64,000 bases of DNA, taken from contig JAQGOL010000030.1 of the NCBI GenBank assembly GCA_028293625.1, forward strand, positions 542,566 to 606,565, written 5' to 3'. Positions 1 to 7,570 of the stretch are shown here, in pieces. Made by a program: the position numbers and the translations under genes. Within the stretch, counting starts at the first letter, position 1, and every line of letters starts with the position of its first letter. The notes beneath the pieces were generated by a model, which was not told the DNA's origin, searched no databases, and saw only the letters and a list, made by a program, of their open reading frames with translations. The stretch is from Chthoniobacteraceae bacterium (lineage in GTDB: Bacteria > Verrucomicrobiota > Verrucomicrobiia > Chthoniobacterales > Chthoniobacteraceae).

Positions 1-2
1 AG

Positions 3-429
3 CTAGGCGAATGGAAGTTCGACGGTGAAAAGCTAACTGGAACCGGCGCGTCAGGAATTATTTACAACCGCTCGTTTAAGACTCCCTTTCAAATTACATT
101 TGGCTTCGAGATGCTTGAAGGTACCCGGCCAGCGATCAGCGGGTTTGGCCGCTATAGTGTAATGACTGAGGGCGTCGGCAATCACCTGGCTATCTTCCCG
201 GCAGTGCCTAAGGGCGGGTGCTTTCAAGTATGAGCTGAAGCGCAAATACCGCGTGAGGATTGACGTCACCGCCGAGAAAATGGAACTCAGAATAAACAAT
301 AAACTGATCGATACCCGCAAACCGGGGTTAGAAGTAGTTCCGCCACTCCGCTTCTCAGCCGGTGATGGCTATTCGCAGGGTATCGCGCGCTTCTCGGAAA
401 TCGAAATTTCGGCTTCACCCGTAGAATGA
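3..429 (+). pseudogene. 3' part of a LamG/DUF1080-like jelly-roll domain gene, apparently frameshifted (5' end outside window)
   Basis: Frame 3 reads GEWKFDGEKLTGTGASGIIYNRSFKTPFQITFGFEMLEG...FPAVPKGG and stops at 231-233. Frame 1 continues FKYELKRKYRVRIDVTAEKMELRINNKLID...ARFSEIEISASPVE to TGA 427-429. Together they read like one beta-sandwich domain, with the frame switch somewhere in 205-232. Confidence 0.35.
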
Positions 430-493
430 GGTCATCGAACAATCTCTGAATCCGAATTTGGCGCCAGCTATTGAAGACGGCGCGCATGGTAGC

Positions 494-913
494 ATGCTGC
501 TCAATAAGAATGTTAGCCGTCATGCCCAGGCCGCGATGAAATCGATCTATTTCCTTCCAGCTCCAGCGATAGCGACACTCTACTTAATCGTTCTCGGATT
601 TTCTCGTCAGCTAACTCTGGATCACATCGTGAAATCACTTTACCGGGATCACCGCAGCATTTGGGAGAGTTTGCATAAACCATGTGGGTGTTGGTGGAGC
701 GCGCCGGGCCGCATCGCGGTGCCGTGGAACCTGTTCACATTCCAGTGGAAATGGTATAAACAAGATCCTGAGTGGTTGCCCCAGACTCCAGAACTCGCAG
801 CGGATTTCGAATGCATACGATCGTTGCAGCGAAGGACGTTCTGGATTGCTCCAATTGTCGTTGGCTTATGGATAGTCTTTGGTGCCCTCAATGGCATGTA
901 CGACTCTCAATGA
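494..913 (+). CDS. hypothetical small membrane protein (two predicted TM helices)
   Basis: ORF 458-913 starts at TTG in the track; the first ATG is at 494 and another at 536. Hydrophobic stretches IYFLPAPAIATLYLIVLGF and FWIAPIVVGLWIVFGALNG. No family recognised. Confidence 0.3.
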   Translation: MLLNKNVSRHAQAAMKSIYFLPAPAIATLYLIVLGFSRQLTLDHIVKSLYRDHRSIWESLHKPCGCWWSAPGRIAVPWNLFTFQWKWYKQDPEWLPQTPELAADFECIRSLQRRTFWIAPIVVGLWIVFGALNGMYDSQ

Positions 914-1029
914 CAGCTAACAATTCACCCCAGTCGACGGCCGGGGCGCTTCGACCCACCTCGGACGGCTTCATCCCCAGCGCCCCGCTGTTGCTGTGTT
1001 CTGGCGTTAAGCGTCTTTGCACGCGTCCC

Positions 1030-1623
1030 GTGAGAACGATCATTCTAGCCTTCACTTTCTTGGCGCTTTCCCTCGTGGCGAGCGCCGACGAGCCAACTGT
1101 CAATCAACTGCTGGGCATCGTGCGCGCAGAACTTCCCAAAGGATGGACTGTCTCGTATGACAAAGAACACGCGTGGCTGGAGGTTTCCCGGGACGAAGCC
1201 GTTTTATCCATCCCGACGCTTCCAAACGGCTCGGGTGCCGAGAAACCTCAGCGGAGGACTTTCATTTTTGCATTCCGCGTCGTTGCAGCAGTGCATCCAA
1301 CGGAGTATCGCCGACTCAGTGCCGAGAACGCGCAAATTCAAAAGAATGCTACCGCGCTTTATGAAGAGCTGATCAGCAAAAGGGTTTCTCACAAGTTCGA
1401 CAGCTTCTCGCCCAGCACCAATGAGGAGAAGGTGGCAGTCGCGCAATACCAGGCACTTAAAAAGTCTTTGCGTAGGCTTCCAGACTTCTACTGCGACGCC
1501 ATCAGCCTTGAGTGGAGTTTGAACTCGCCGGACTATCCCATCATCAGCATTACGGACGATCGCATTCGCGACGAATGCACAAGAGTCCAAGAGAAGGTAA
1601 TGAAGCTCCTATTCAAATATTAA
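1030..1623 (+). CDS. hypothetical secreted protein
   Basis: In-frame GTG at 1030 gives (M)RTIILAFTFLALSLVASA/DEP, a classic signal peptide. ATG 910 is the alternative start. No family recognised. Confidence 0.5.
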   Translation: MRTIILAFTFLALSLVASADEPTVNQLLGIVRAELPKGWTVSYDKEHAWLEVSRDEAVLSIPTLPNGSGAEKPQRRTFIFAFRVVAAVHPTEYRRLSAENAQIQKNATALYEELISKRVSHKFDSFSPSTNEEKVAVAQYQALKKSLRRLPDFYCDAISLEWSLNSPDYPIISITDDRIRDECTRVQEKVMKLLFKY

Positions 1624-1707
1624 GGCGCCTAACCCCTCCTATCAAAGGCGTCAAGGGTGTCCCAGAGCTTTTGAATTAGCCGTCTTCGCACATCTCCACT
1701 GACAAAT

Positions 1708-2490
1708 ATGCAAATCCGAATAAAACAGTTGGTTGCTTCCCTACTACTCGGCGTGCTCCTGGATTCATTTACCTGCGCTGACTCACTGGCACCGGAAGTT
1801 GCTCCCCGCGCGGCTAAATACGAGGCAGACACTAAAGCCATCGACGCGGCGCGGGCTACCGCTGTAGCGCGTGTCCAGCAGGATTACCTTTCCTATCTTG
1901 CCGCAGCCGACAAGGCGGCCAGCGCAAGCGGCAAGCCTGAAGAACTTGCCCTCGTCCTAAAGGCCCGCGAGGCGATCACCTCACCGACTTCGGACGCTTC
2001 GCTGCCTGCCATCGCGCCAAAAGCCTTTCAGAAGCGACACGCGGACTATTTTGGGGCGCTCGCAGCGGTGGATCGTGAGTTCGCGCCGCGTTACCAACAA
2101 ACAAACGGAACTTTTTTACGCGATCTTGCCGCAATTGAATCCCGCCTACCCACCAATTCGCCGGCACACGAACAGATCGCCGAAATTAAAGCCAAGCTGG
2201 TAGAGTCCTCAGGCAAGGGGGGACTCTCGGGCATCGGCGAAATCGCCGGGAAATGGAAACTTACCTATGCAAGTGGGGCGGTTGGCTCAGTCGAGTTTTT
2301 CCCAAACTATACGTGGAAGCATCCCAAGGATACTTCTCCAACCAAAAAGTGGAAAGTAGAGGACGACAAACTTGTTATGGAGTTTCCAGATGGCGGGCGA
2401 GAGTGGTTTATCTTGCCAGTTAACCCGAAAGGCACAAAAGGAGCGACTGGAAGAGGAGTAAAGTTCGATGCAGTGAGACAAACTCGGTGA
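1708..2490 (+). CDS. hypothetical secreted protein
   Basis: ATG 1708. Signal-like N-terminus MQIRIKQLVASLLLGVLLDSFTCA, an Ala-rich helical middle and a C-terminal beta-rich part (KWKLTY...WKVEDDKLVMEF). Confidence 0.55.
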   Translation: MQIRIKQLVASLLLGVLLDSFTCADSLAPEVAPRAAKYEADTKAIDAARATAVARVQQDYLSYLAAADKAASASGKPEELALVLKAREAITSPTSDASLPAIAPKAFQKRHADYFGALAAVDREFAPRYQQTNGTFLRDLAAIESRLPTNSPAHEQIAEIKAKLVESSGKGGLSGIGEIAGKWKLTYASGAVGSVEFFPNYTWKHPKDTSPTKKWKVEDDKLVMEFPDGGREWFILPVNPKGTKGATGRGVKFDAVRQTR

Positions 2491-2525
2491 ATTAAACGAC
2501 AACTAACAAAGCTAGCTCCTTTCGT

Positions 2526-2846
2526 CTAGGCGTCGTCATATCGTGAATATCTTAATGCCTCGTCAGCAAGCCTGCGAGCGCGCTCAATGCTGTCGGCGTG
2601 CCTGCTGCAACCTTGACTGCACCAGCGTGCTCCGTGACCAGCCTTCCAATCACTTGTGTCCCACCACTCAACGATGACCCGATAATCTCCGGTGTCGTCA
2701 ACTGTGATGAAGACTCGCTCACACTTCGATCCGGAGTAAACTGTCTCAACAATGCGTTGGCCGGTAAATGCCGGCTGCTCTGCCACATCGGGAGGCGGGG
2801 GTGGCCCGAAGTCCGATAGGAAAAAGCGTCGAAAAAAACCGGGCAT
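2526..2846 (-). CDS. hypothetical protein (106 aa)
   Basis: Clean ORF from ATG 2846. Trp/Asp-rich core VIVEWWDTSDWKAGHGARW. No family recognised. Confidence 0.4.
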   Translation of the reverse strand: MPGFFRRFFLSDFGPPPPPDVAEQPAFTGQRIVETVYSGSKCERVFITVDDTGDYRVIVEWWDTSDWKAGHGARWCSQGCSRHADSIERARRLADEALRYSRYDDA

Positions 2847-3047
2847 ACGATGACGGTTAACGACCCCAATATAACAAGAGAATTAGGGAGGGGTAAATTA
2901 TCTGCGCCTCCGCCCGAACACCATCATTGCCATCATCAAAAGGTTCGAGTCGGTGCCGGTGAACCGGACAGCGCGATTGCTCAACAACCAGTTTCGTTCC
3001 GGGCTGCGCCGAAACGAAACTTCAGGGTTCAGGCATTTGAGGTTGCA

Positions 3048-3701
3048 TCAGCGTGGTGCGGGATCGCTGGTGACCCAAATTGCTTCACTTGGCATTAGAG
3101 AGCGATGGAGACGGCCATACGTGCGCCGTGGCAACAGGCCAGCGAGGAAGGCTTGTCGCAAAGGTATAATCGCTAGCGCTATGCGTGTGTTGTAAGGCAG
3201 TGAGTTACGATCTGCAGCACTATCCGCCTGAACCGAAGGGCCGTCGCCTGGAATGAATGCTACGACAACAGCAAACGCGGCACTTGGTGGAGGTGCGGAA
3301 TCGTCCTGCACATGAAGTGGGTTGATCGGCAAGCTGTTTTGCGCCGATGGGACTAAGACCGTAAACTCGATGCTGCTGTGGGAGGGAAGCGTTTGACACG
3401 ATCGTCCCGCGATCCAGCCAACCCGCGCCGCATCCTGCCATGAGCTGCCGGATGGGATGCGATACCAATACAGCGGCTCGGAAGGGGTGTAGCCCCAAAA
3501 GGCGAACGGTCGAGAGGAAGAATTGGTGGCGCGAAAGACAGCAACGGTGCCGGCGGGGGAACCTCGGTAACTTACAAAAGACAACGATGGAGCCTCAATC
3601 GATCGTGAGTGCAACCAAACAGCAACGCCACAAACGAGTGAAAGGATTGAAATGGTTACGAAGATTGTTCGCTTCATGCGGCGCGAAGAAACGCCTGACA
3701 T
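3048..3701 (-). CDS. hypothetical membrane-anchored protein
   Basis: ATG 3701 (or 3677). N-terminal anchor RTIFVTISILSLVCGVAVWL followed by about 190 aa of beta-rich sequence. It is the first gene read away from the partial tRNA copy, in the same layout as the protease gene in the main island. Confidence 0.45.
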   Translation of the reverse strand: MSGVSSRRMKRTIFVTISILSLVCGVAVWLHSRSIEAPSLSFVSYRGSPAGTVAVFRATNSSSRPFAFWGYTPSEPLYWYRIPSGSSWQDAARVGWIAGRSCQTLPSHSSIEFTVLVPSAQNSLPINPLHVQDDSAPPPSAAFAVVVAFIPGDGPSVQADSAADRNSLPYNTRIALAIIPLRQAFLAGLLPRRTYGRLHRSLMPSEAIWVTSDPAPR

Positions 3702-4028
3702 CCTATTGAATAGCAGCTGCGTTTTCAGGCGTTGCTACCCGCGGAAAGTGAAAGGAGCGGCAGCTCTATTTGCAGGGAGAAGGCAACTGCTGCCTATTGC
3801 GGTGCTCTCGGTGTGATGCCCTCATTTCGCATATACGCCAAGAGAACACTCTGAAAGGCGAGACTTCGCGGGGGACAGGAAGGCGAACCTTTTTCATGCG
3901 GTCAGATTCCGGTGTAAGAATTAGAGACAAGCAAATTATCTGCGCCAATCCCGACGTGTTAGCGCGGCACAGTCATTCATTTGGACTCCAGGCGGCAATC
4001 ACTTGGTCGTTGATACGTCTCAGATGTA

Positions 4029-4043
4029 TGCGCCACGGGCGCA
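4029..4043 (+). promoter_or_regulatory. palindromic motif copy TGCGCC-ACG-GGCGCA followed by CATTGA
   Basis: 6-bp perfect inverted arms read directly from the sequence. One of five related copies (16364, 16893, 18266, 29704). Confidence 0.45.
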
Positions 4044-4160
4044 CATTGAGCCCGTTTTTTCTCAGAGGTTTCGAAAAAGCCAATGCTTCAAAACGTTCCC
4101 CCTTGAACCGACTCCACAGCCCCGAATGACACGAGCGACTTCCAAATGAAACCAGCAGCG

Positions 4161-4183
4161 TCGTTATACGGACTCGTTATACA
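4161..4183 (+). repeat. direct repeats TCGTTATAC(G/A) x2, variant of the putative arm-type integrase sites
   Basis: TCGTTATACG at 4161-4170 and TCGTTATACA at 4174-4183. They occupy the position equivalent to TTGTTATGC(G/A) x2 at 29835-29857 in the main island. Confidence 0.4.
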
Positions 4184-4233
4184 TTCCAGGAGAGAGCAGG
4201 AATTGGTGAGTTGCAGAGTCCTGGTCACTTCTT

Positions 4234-4270
4234 AGAGAAGTGACCCTAACGGGATTCGAACCCGTGTTAC
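4234..4270. repeat. 37-bp direct repeat (att core, distal copy) containing the last 30 nt of tRNA-Glu
   Basis: AGAGAAGTGACCCTAACGGGATTCGAACCCGTGTTAC is identical to 29914-29950. Positions 4241-4270 match the 3' 30 nt of the tRNA gene (minus sense). Confidence 0.9.
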
Positions 4271-4340
4271 GCATTACGCCTCCCTGAGCGGCCCAACACA
4301 GAGATAGAGAGCCACTTATGAACACGGTTGACACGGGTGG

Positions 4341-4362
4341 ATGTTATGCGCCATGTTATGCG
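4341..4362 (+). promoter_or_regulatory. direct repeats ATGTTATGCG x2 (putative arm-type integrase binding sites, int-proximal arm)
   Basis: ATGTTATGCG at 4341-4350 and 4353-4362, just upstream of the probable int ATG (4368). The same TGTTATGC core occurs twice at 29835-29857 near the other island end. Confidence 0.4.
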
Positions 4363-4367
4363 TCGAA

Positions 4368-5537
4368 ATGGCAAGCATTCACAAGCAACCGGGCCGACCT
4401 TTTTGGTTTTGCGCATTCACACTTCCAGATGGCCATCGAACTTTTCGCTCCACAGGCACAGCAAACAAGAAAGAAGCACAGGCGATTTGTCACGAATGGG
4501 ACAAGGCCTCCCGATTGGCTCGCAAAGGGCTCCTAACCGCCGACAAGGCCCGCGCGGTGATCGCCGCCACCGTGGCCGATATTTACGCCGCAGGGAACCG
4601 TGAGGAGCTGCCCACCGCAACCGTGCGCAGTTGGTGCCAGCAATGGCTGCAAAAAAAGGCTATCGAGATCGAAGGCTCCACGCACGATCGCTACACAACC
4701 ATAGTAACCCGATTCCTTGAGTTCCTAGGAAAGGCTGCGGACAAGGATATCGCGGCGCTCAAAACGAGCGAGATCGGCAAATTCCGCGACCGGGAAGGAA
4801 CTGACCTGGCGCGTGGCACTGCCAATCTGAGCCTGAAAGTATTGAGGGTTTGCCTTAGTGAAGCGGTGCGTCAGGGCCTTATTACAACCAACCCAGCCGC
4901 TCAGGTAGAAATCTTAAAATCCCGAGGCGAGGCGACAAGACGGGCGTTTACGGTCGCCGAGATCGGCCGAGTTTTGGAGGGCTGTGGAACGGATCAGGAA
5001 TGGCGTGGAATGGTGCTCTTTGGCCTTTACACCGGCCAGCGGCTTGGCGATCTCGCACGGCTGACATGGAGAAGCGTAGACCTCGAAAAGGGTGAGCTTT
5101 TCCTGACCACAAAGAAAACTGGCAGGCGAATGACACTGCCTCTGATTGGTCCCCTCCCCGACTTTCTGACTTCATTAGCCGCGACCGACGACCCGAACGC
5201 CGCACTATTTCCTACCCTTTCCAAGGCCAAGCGCACCGGCACGCTATCCAATCGCTTTCGTGAGATTTTGGTTGCGGCAGGCCTTGCTGAACCACGGACA
5301 CACGCCGCCACGGGCAAAACCCGCAATTCAGCGCGGGCCACATCCGAGATCAGCTTCCATTCGCTGCGCCACTGTACCGTCACATTCCTCAAAGCGGCGG
5401 GTGTTTCCGATGCTTTGGCACGCGCCGTTGTAGGGCACGAGAGCGCCGCCGTTTCACGCCAATATACCCACTTGGACACAGCAGACTTGAGGAAGGCTAT
5501 GGAGCGGATGCCAGATGTTACGAAGACCAAGCTATGA
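4368..5537 (+). CDS. int: tyrosine-type site-specific integrase
   Basis: MASIHKQPGRPFWFCAFTLPDGHR... N-terminal arm-binding/SAM-like region. C-terminal catalytic signature FHSLRHCTVTFL...VVGHESAAVSRQYTH (R..HxxR..H..Y). Lies adjacent to the att repeat. The track ORF starts at 4341; ATG 4368 is preferred. Confidence 0.9.
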   Translation: MASIHKQPGRPFWFCAFTLPDGHRTFRSTGTANKKEAQAICHEWDKASRLARKGLLTADKARAVIAATVADIYAAGNREELPTATVRSWCQQWLQKKAIEIEGSTHDRYTTIVTRFLEFLGKAADKDIAALKTSEIGKFRDREGTDLARGTANLSLKVLRVCLSEAVRQGLITTNPAAQVEILKSRGEATRRAFTVAEIGRVLEGCGTDQEWRGMVLFGLYTGQRLGDLARLTWRSVDLEKGELFLTTKKTGRRMTLPLIGPLPDFLTSLAATDDPNAALFPTLSKAKRTGTLSNRFREILVAAGLAEPRTHAATGKTRNSARATSEISFHSLRHCTVTFLKAAGVSDALARAVVGHESAAVSRQYTHLDTADLRKAMERMPDVTKTKL

Positions 5538-6292
5538 AGAAAAACGATCGCGTTCTCCCAGACGAAGAATGGGACTTCCGATGGCTCTGGGAGGAAGTGG
5601 AAGGAGAGCAAGAGTTAGCGTGTTCGTACGAGTATGCGAGAGAGTCTGAAATCGCTCGCCGAATCTTTCCGTCTACATCGCCGGACGAGTCCGTTAGCCT
5701 GATCGACACGCCACTGATTCAGGTTTTCAAAATCTTTGGCGGAAACACATTAAACATGCCTTGGAAGCGCGTCTGCAACAGGGTGAAGAAACAGCTTAAA
5801 AAAGCGCAGGACGTTAGCTCTCCATGTTTCCACTTTGGCAAAATGGACATAAGAGCGGTTACAAGCAAGATCCTTCCAGTAACTCCGCATTTTGACCAGT
5901 TGATGGGCTCTGAGTTGTTCATGGCCCGTATTTGCTGGCGTACGACGGACAATCAATTGACTCAGGAGTTTCGAGCCTTTTTGAAGGATAATCGCCCAGC
6001 CGAGTTTCCTGAACCAGAGAGCAGAGGCAAAAGAACAAAAAGTGCTCCAATTATTCGCTTACAAGCCCTGGGAATGATGCGCCTGCTTCACCACTTCACT
6101 GTGAAAGAGCTGCCAGAGCGGTGCCCGCATGCATGGAAAGTTTACGGTGGAAACGGTGAAGACTCCTGCCGCGCCACGCTGTACGAAGGCCGCAAGAACG
6201 CCAGGAAAGCATTCCTAAAACTGTTCCCTCGACTCTCGAGTTCGGAGAAAAACCCACGGTCATGGCCCACGCGCACGCAGACAATCGAGTAG
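5534..6292 (+). CDS. hypothetical protein (252 aa), translationally coupled to int
   Basis: ATG 5534 overlaps the int stop (ATGA, 5534-5537). No motif recognised. Basic C-terminal half (RGKRTKSAPIIRLQALGMMRLLHHF). Confidence 0.55.
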   Translation: MKKNDRVLPDEEWDFRWLWEEVEGEQELACSYEYARESEIARRIFPSTSPDESVSLIDTPLIQVFKIFGGNTLNMPWKRVCNRVKKQLKKAQDVSSPCFHFGKMDIRAVTSKILPVTPHFDQLMGSELFMARICWRTTDNQLTQEFRAFLKDNRPAEFPEPESRGKRTKSAPIIRLQALGMMRLLHHFTVKELPERCPHAWKVYGGNGEDSCRATLYEGRKNARKAFLKLFPRLSSSEKNPRSWPTRTQTIE

Positions 6293-6347
6293 GGGGAAGA
6301 GTCTTTTCTTAAACCGAAAGACCCCGACAATTCGGGCTGCTTCATTC

Positions 6348-6623
6348 GTGTGTATGCAACAACACACAAGTCAACGCCGAGGCACATCGACGAACAAGAC
6401 CACGGCACGAATTGAAGAAGGCAAAGTAGACCAGGCCATTCCTGAGTTCGGCCGAATCGCCGACGTGGAACGCCTTTTCGGATTGAAACGCGGCCTCCTC
6501 TACCAGTTGATCGGTGCGAGGAAGATAAAGTCGGCATGCCTTAGAAAACCCGGTGCGAGGACGGGCGTGAGACTCGTCCACCTCGCGAGCGTGCGGGCAT
6601 TTCTCGCGGAGAGCATGGAATGA
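6348..6623 (+). CDS. AlpA/excisionase-family helix-turn-helix protein
   Basis: VERLFGLKRGLLYQLIGARKIKSACLRKPGARTGVRLVHLASVRAFL resembles the AlpA/MerR-type excisionase HTH. It sits between int and the primase, and its stop overlaps the next start (ATGA at 6620-6623). Confidence 0.65.
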   Translation: MCMQQHTSQRRGTSTNKTTARIEEGKVDQAIPEFGRIADVERLFGLKRGLLYQLIGARKIKSACLRKPGARTGVRLVHLASVRAFLAESME

Positions 6624-7570
6624 ATTCTTACATCGCTAATTTTTCTGGTCTGGAAGGCGCGAGAATGAACGCGCAGATTCATTCAGATATTCTCTCAAAG
6701 CTGTCCACTATGCCAGTGCGTGGTGAAGGATTGAATCACTGGCTATTTGTAACGGCCCTACGAATGAGTCGATATTTTTGCGAAAGCGAAATAATTGAAA
6801 TCCTTCAACAAGCCACCGCGAGCCAGCCAGTCAAACGCGGCGAAATTGAACGCGCAGCCAGGCGTGCTAAGGAGAAAGTTGACCATAAGCTAAACGAACG
6901 CAGGTGTCCCAGCATTCCGAGAGCAACTGCGCACTCACATTGGGGAACATTGAACATGGAGCAGCGCGGAGCTGTAATCGCGACAAACGACTGCGGACTA
7001 TATGATCTTTGGGAAGCATCTCCAGTTCGATGCACACCCATTTATCCGACGACGGAAACTGTAATTGACCATCTTTTCCCAGGAAATCCCTTGCTGTGTT
7101 GCGGTAGAAGCAAGTGGGAGTTTGCAACGAAACCGAGGGAAGATTGGCGCAATCGGATGACTACGCTGGCGTTAATCGTGCCAAATCCCATGACGACAAA
7201 GCTGGGCCGAACCCAGGAGGGGAAGCCCTCCGCGCATACACTCCAAAACACCGGATCGCGAAGATTCCTTGTAATCGAGCAAGATGCTGGAACTGCAGAC
7301 GAGCAGGCAGCAGTGCTCATGCACCTTGCTGAAAAAGCACCATTGGCCCTTGCAGTCCACAGCGGTGGAAAATCGATCCATGGATGGTTTTTCTGCCATG
7401 GTCAACCCGAGGAGCGCCTTCAGGCATTTATGCATCACGCGGTCACCATCGGGGCCGACAAGGCAATGTGGACTCGCTCTCAATTTTGCCGAATGCCAGG
7501 CGGAACTCGTGAAAATGGCAATAAACAATGCATCTATTTTCTCAATCCAGAGGTACTTAAATGCCATTAG
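6620..7570 (+). CDS. putative primase / replication initiation protein (archaeo-eukaryotic primase-like)
   Basis: RRFLVIEQDAG (acidic motif I-like) and LALAVHSGGKSIHGWFFC (the sG.s.H motif typical of prim-pol/AEP proteins). Overlaps the downstream helicase-like gene by 10 nt. Assignment is by motif recall only. Confidence 0.55.
   Translation: MNSYIANFSGLEGARMNAQIHSDILSKLSTMPVRGEGLNHWLFVTALRMSRYFCESEIIEILQQATASQPVKRGEIERAARRAKEKVDHKLNERRCPSIPRATAHSHWGTLNMEQRGAVIATNDCGLYDLWEASPVRCTPIYPTTETVIDHLFPGNPLLCCGRSKWEFATKPREDWRNRMTTLALIVPNPMTTKLGRTQEGKPSAHTLQNTGSRRFLVIEQDAGTADEQAAVLMHLAEKAPLALAVHSGGKSIHGWFFCHGQPEERLQAFMHHAVTIGADKAMWTRSQFCRMPGGTRENGNKQCIYFLNPEVLKCH

Larger units (their letters stand above)
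4021..4233. repeat. imperfect copy of the island's tRNA-proximal end (partner 29696-29913)
   Basis: Collinear similarity over about 210 bp immediately left of each direct repeat. For example, the ungapped block 4127-4187 vs 29801-29861 is 49/61 identical. The overlapping ORFs (3770-4129 and 29585-29803) share no protein similarity, so the conservation is at the DNA level. Confidence 0.7.

Noticed and set aside
3770-4129. 119-aa ORF (and 72-aa ORF 29585-29803) within the conserved island-end sequences
   Set aside because: The two regions are similar at the DNA level, but the ORFs are in non-equivalent frames and share no protein similarity. The products are Cys/Arg-rich and implausible, so I treated the region as non-coding att-arm or regulatory DNA.
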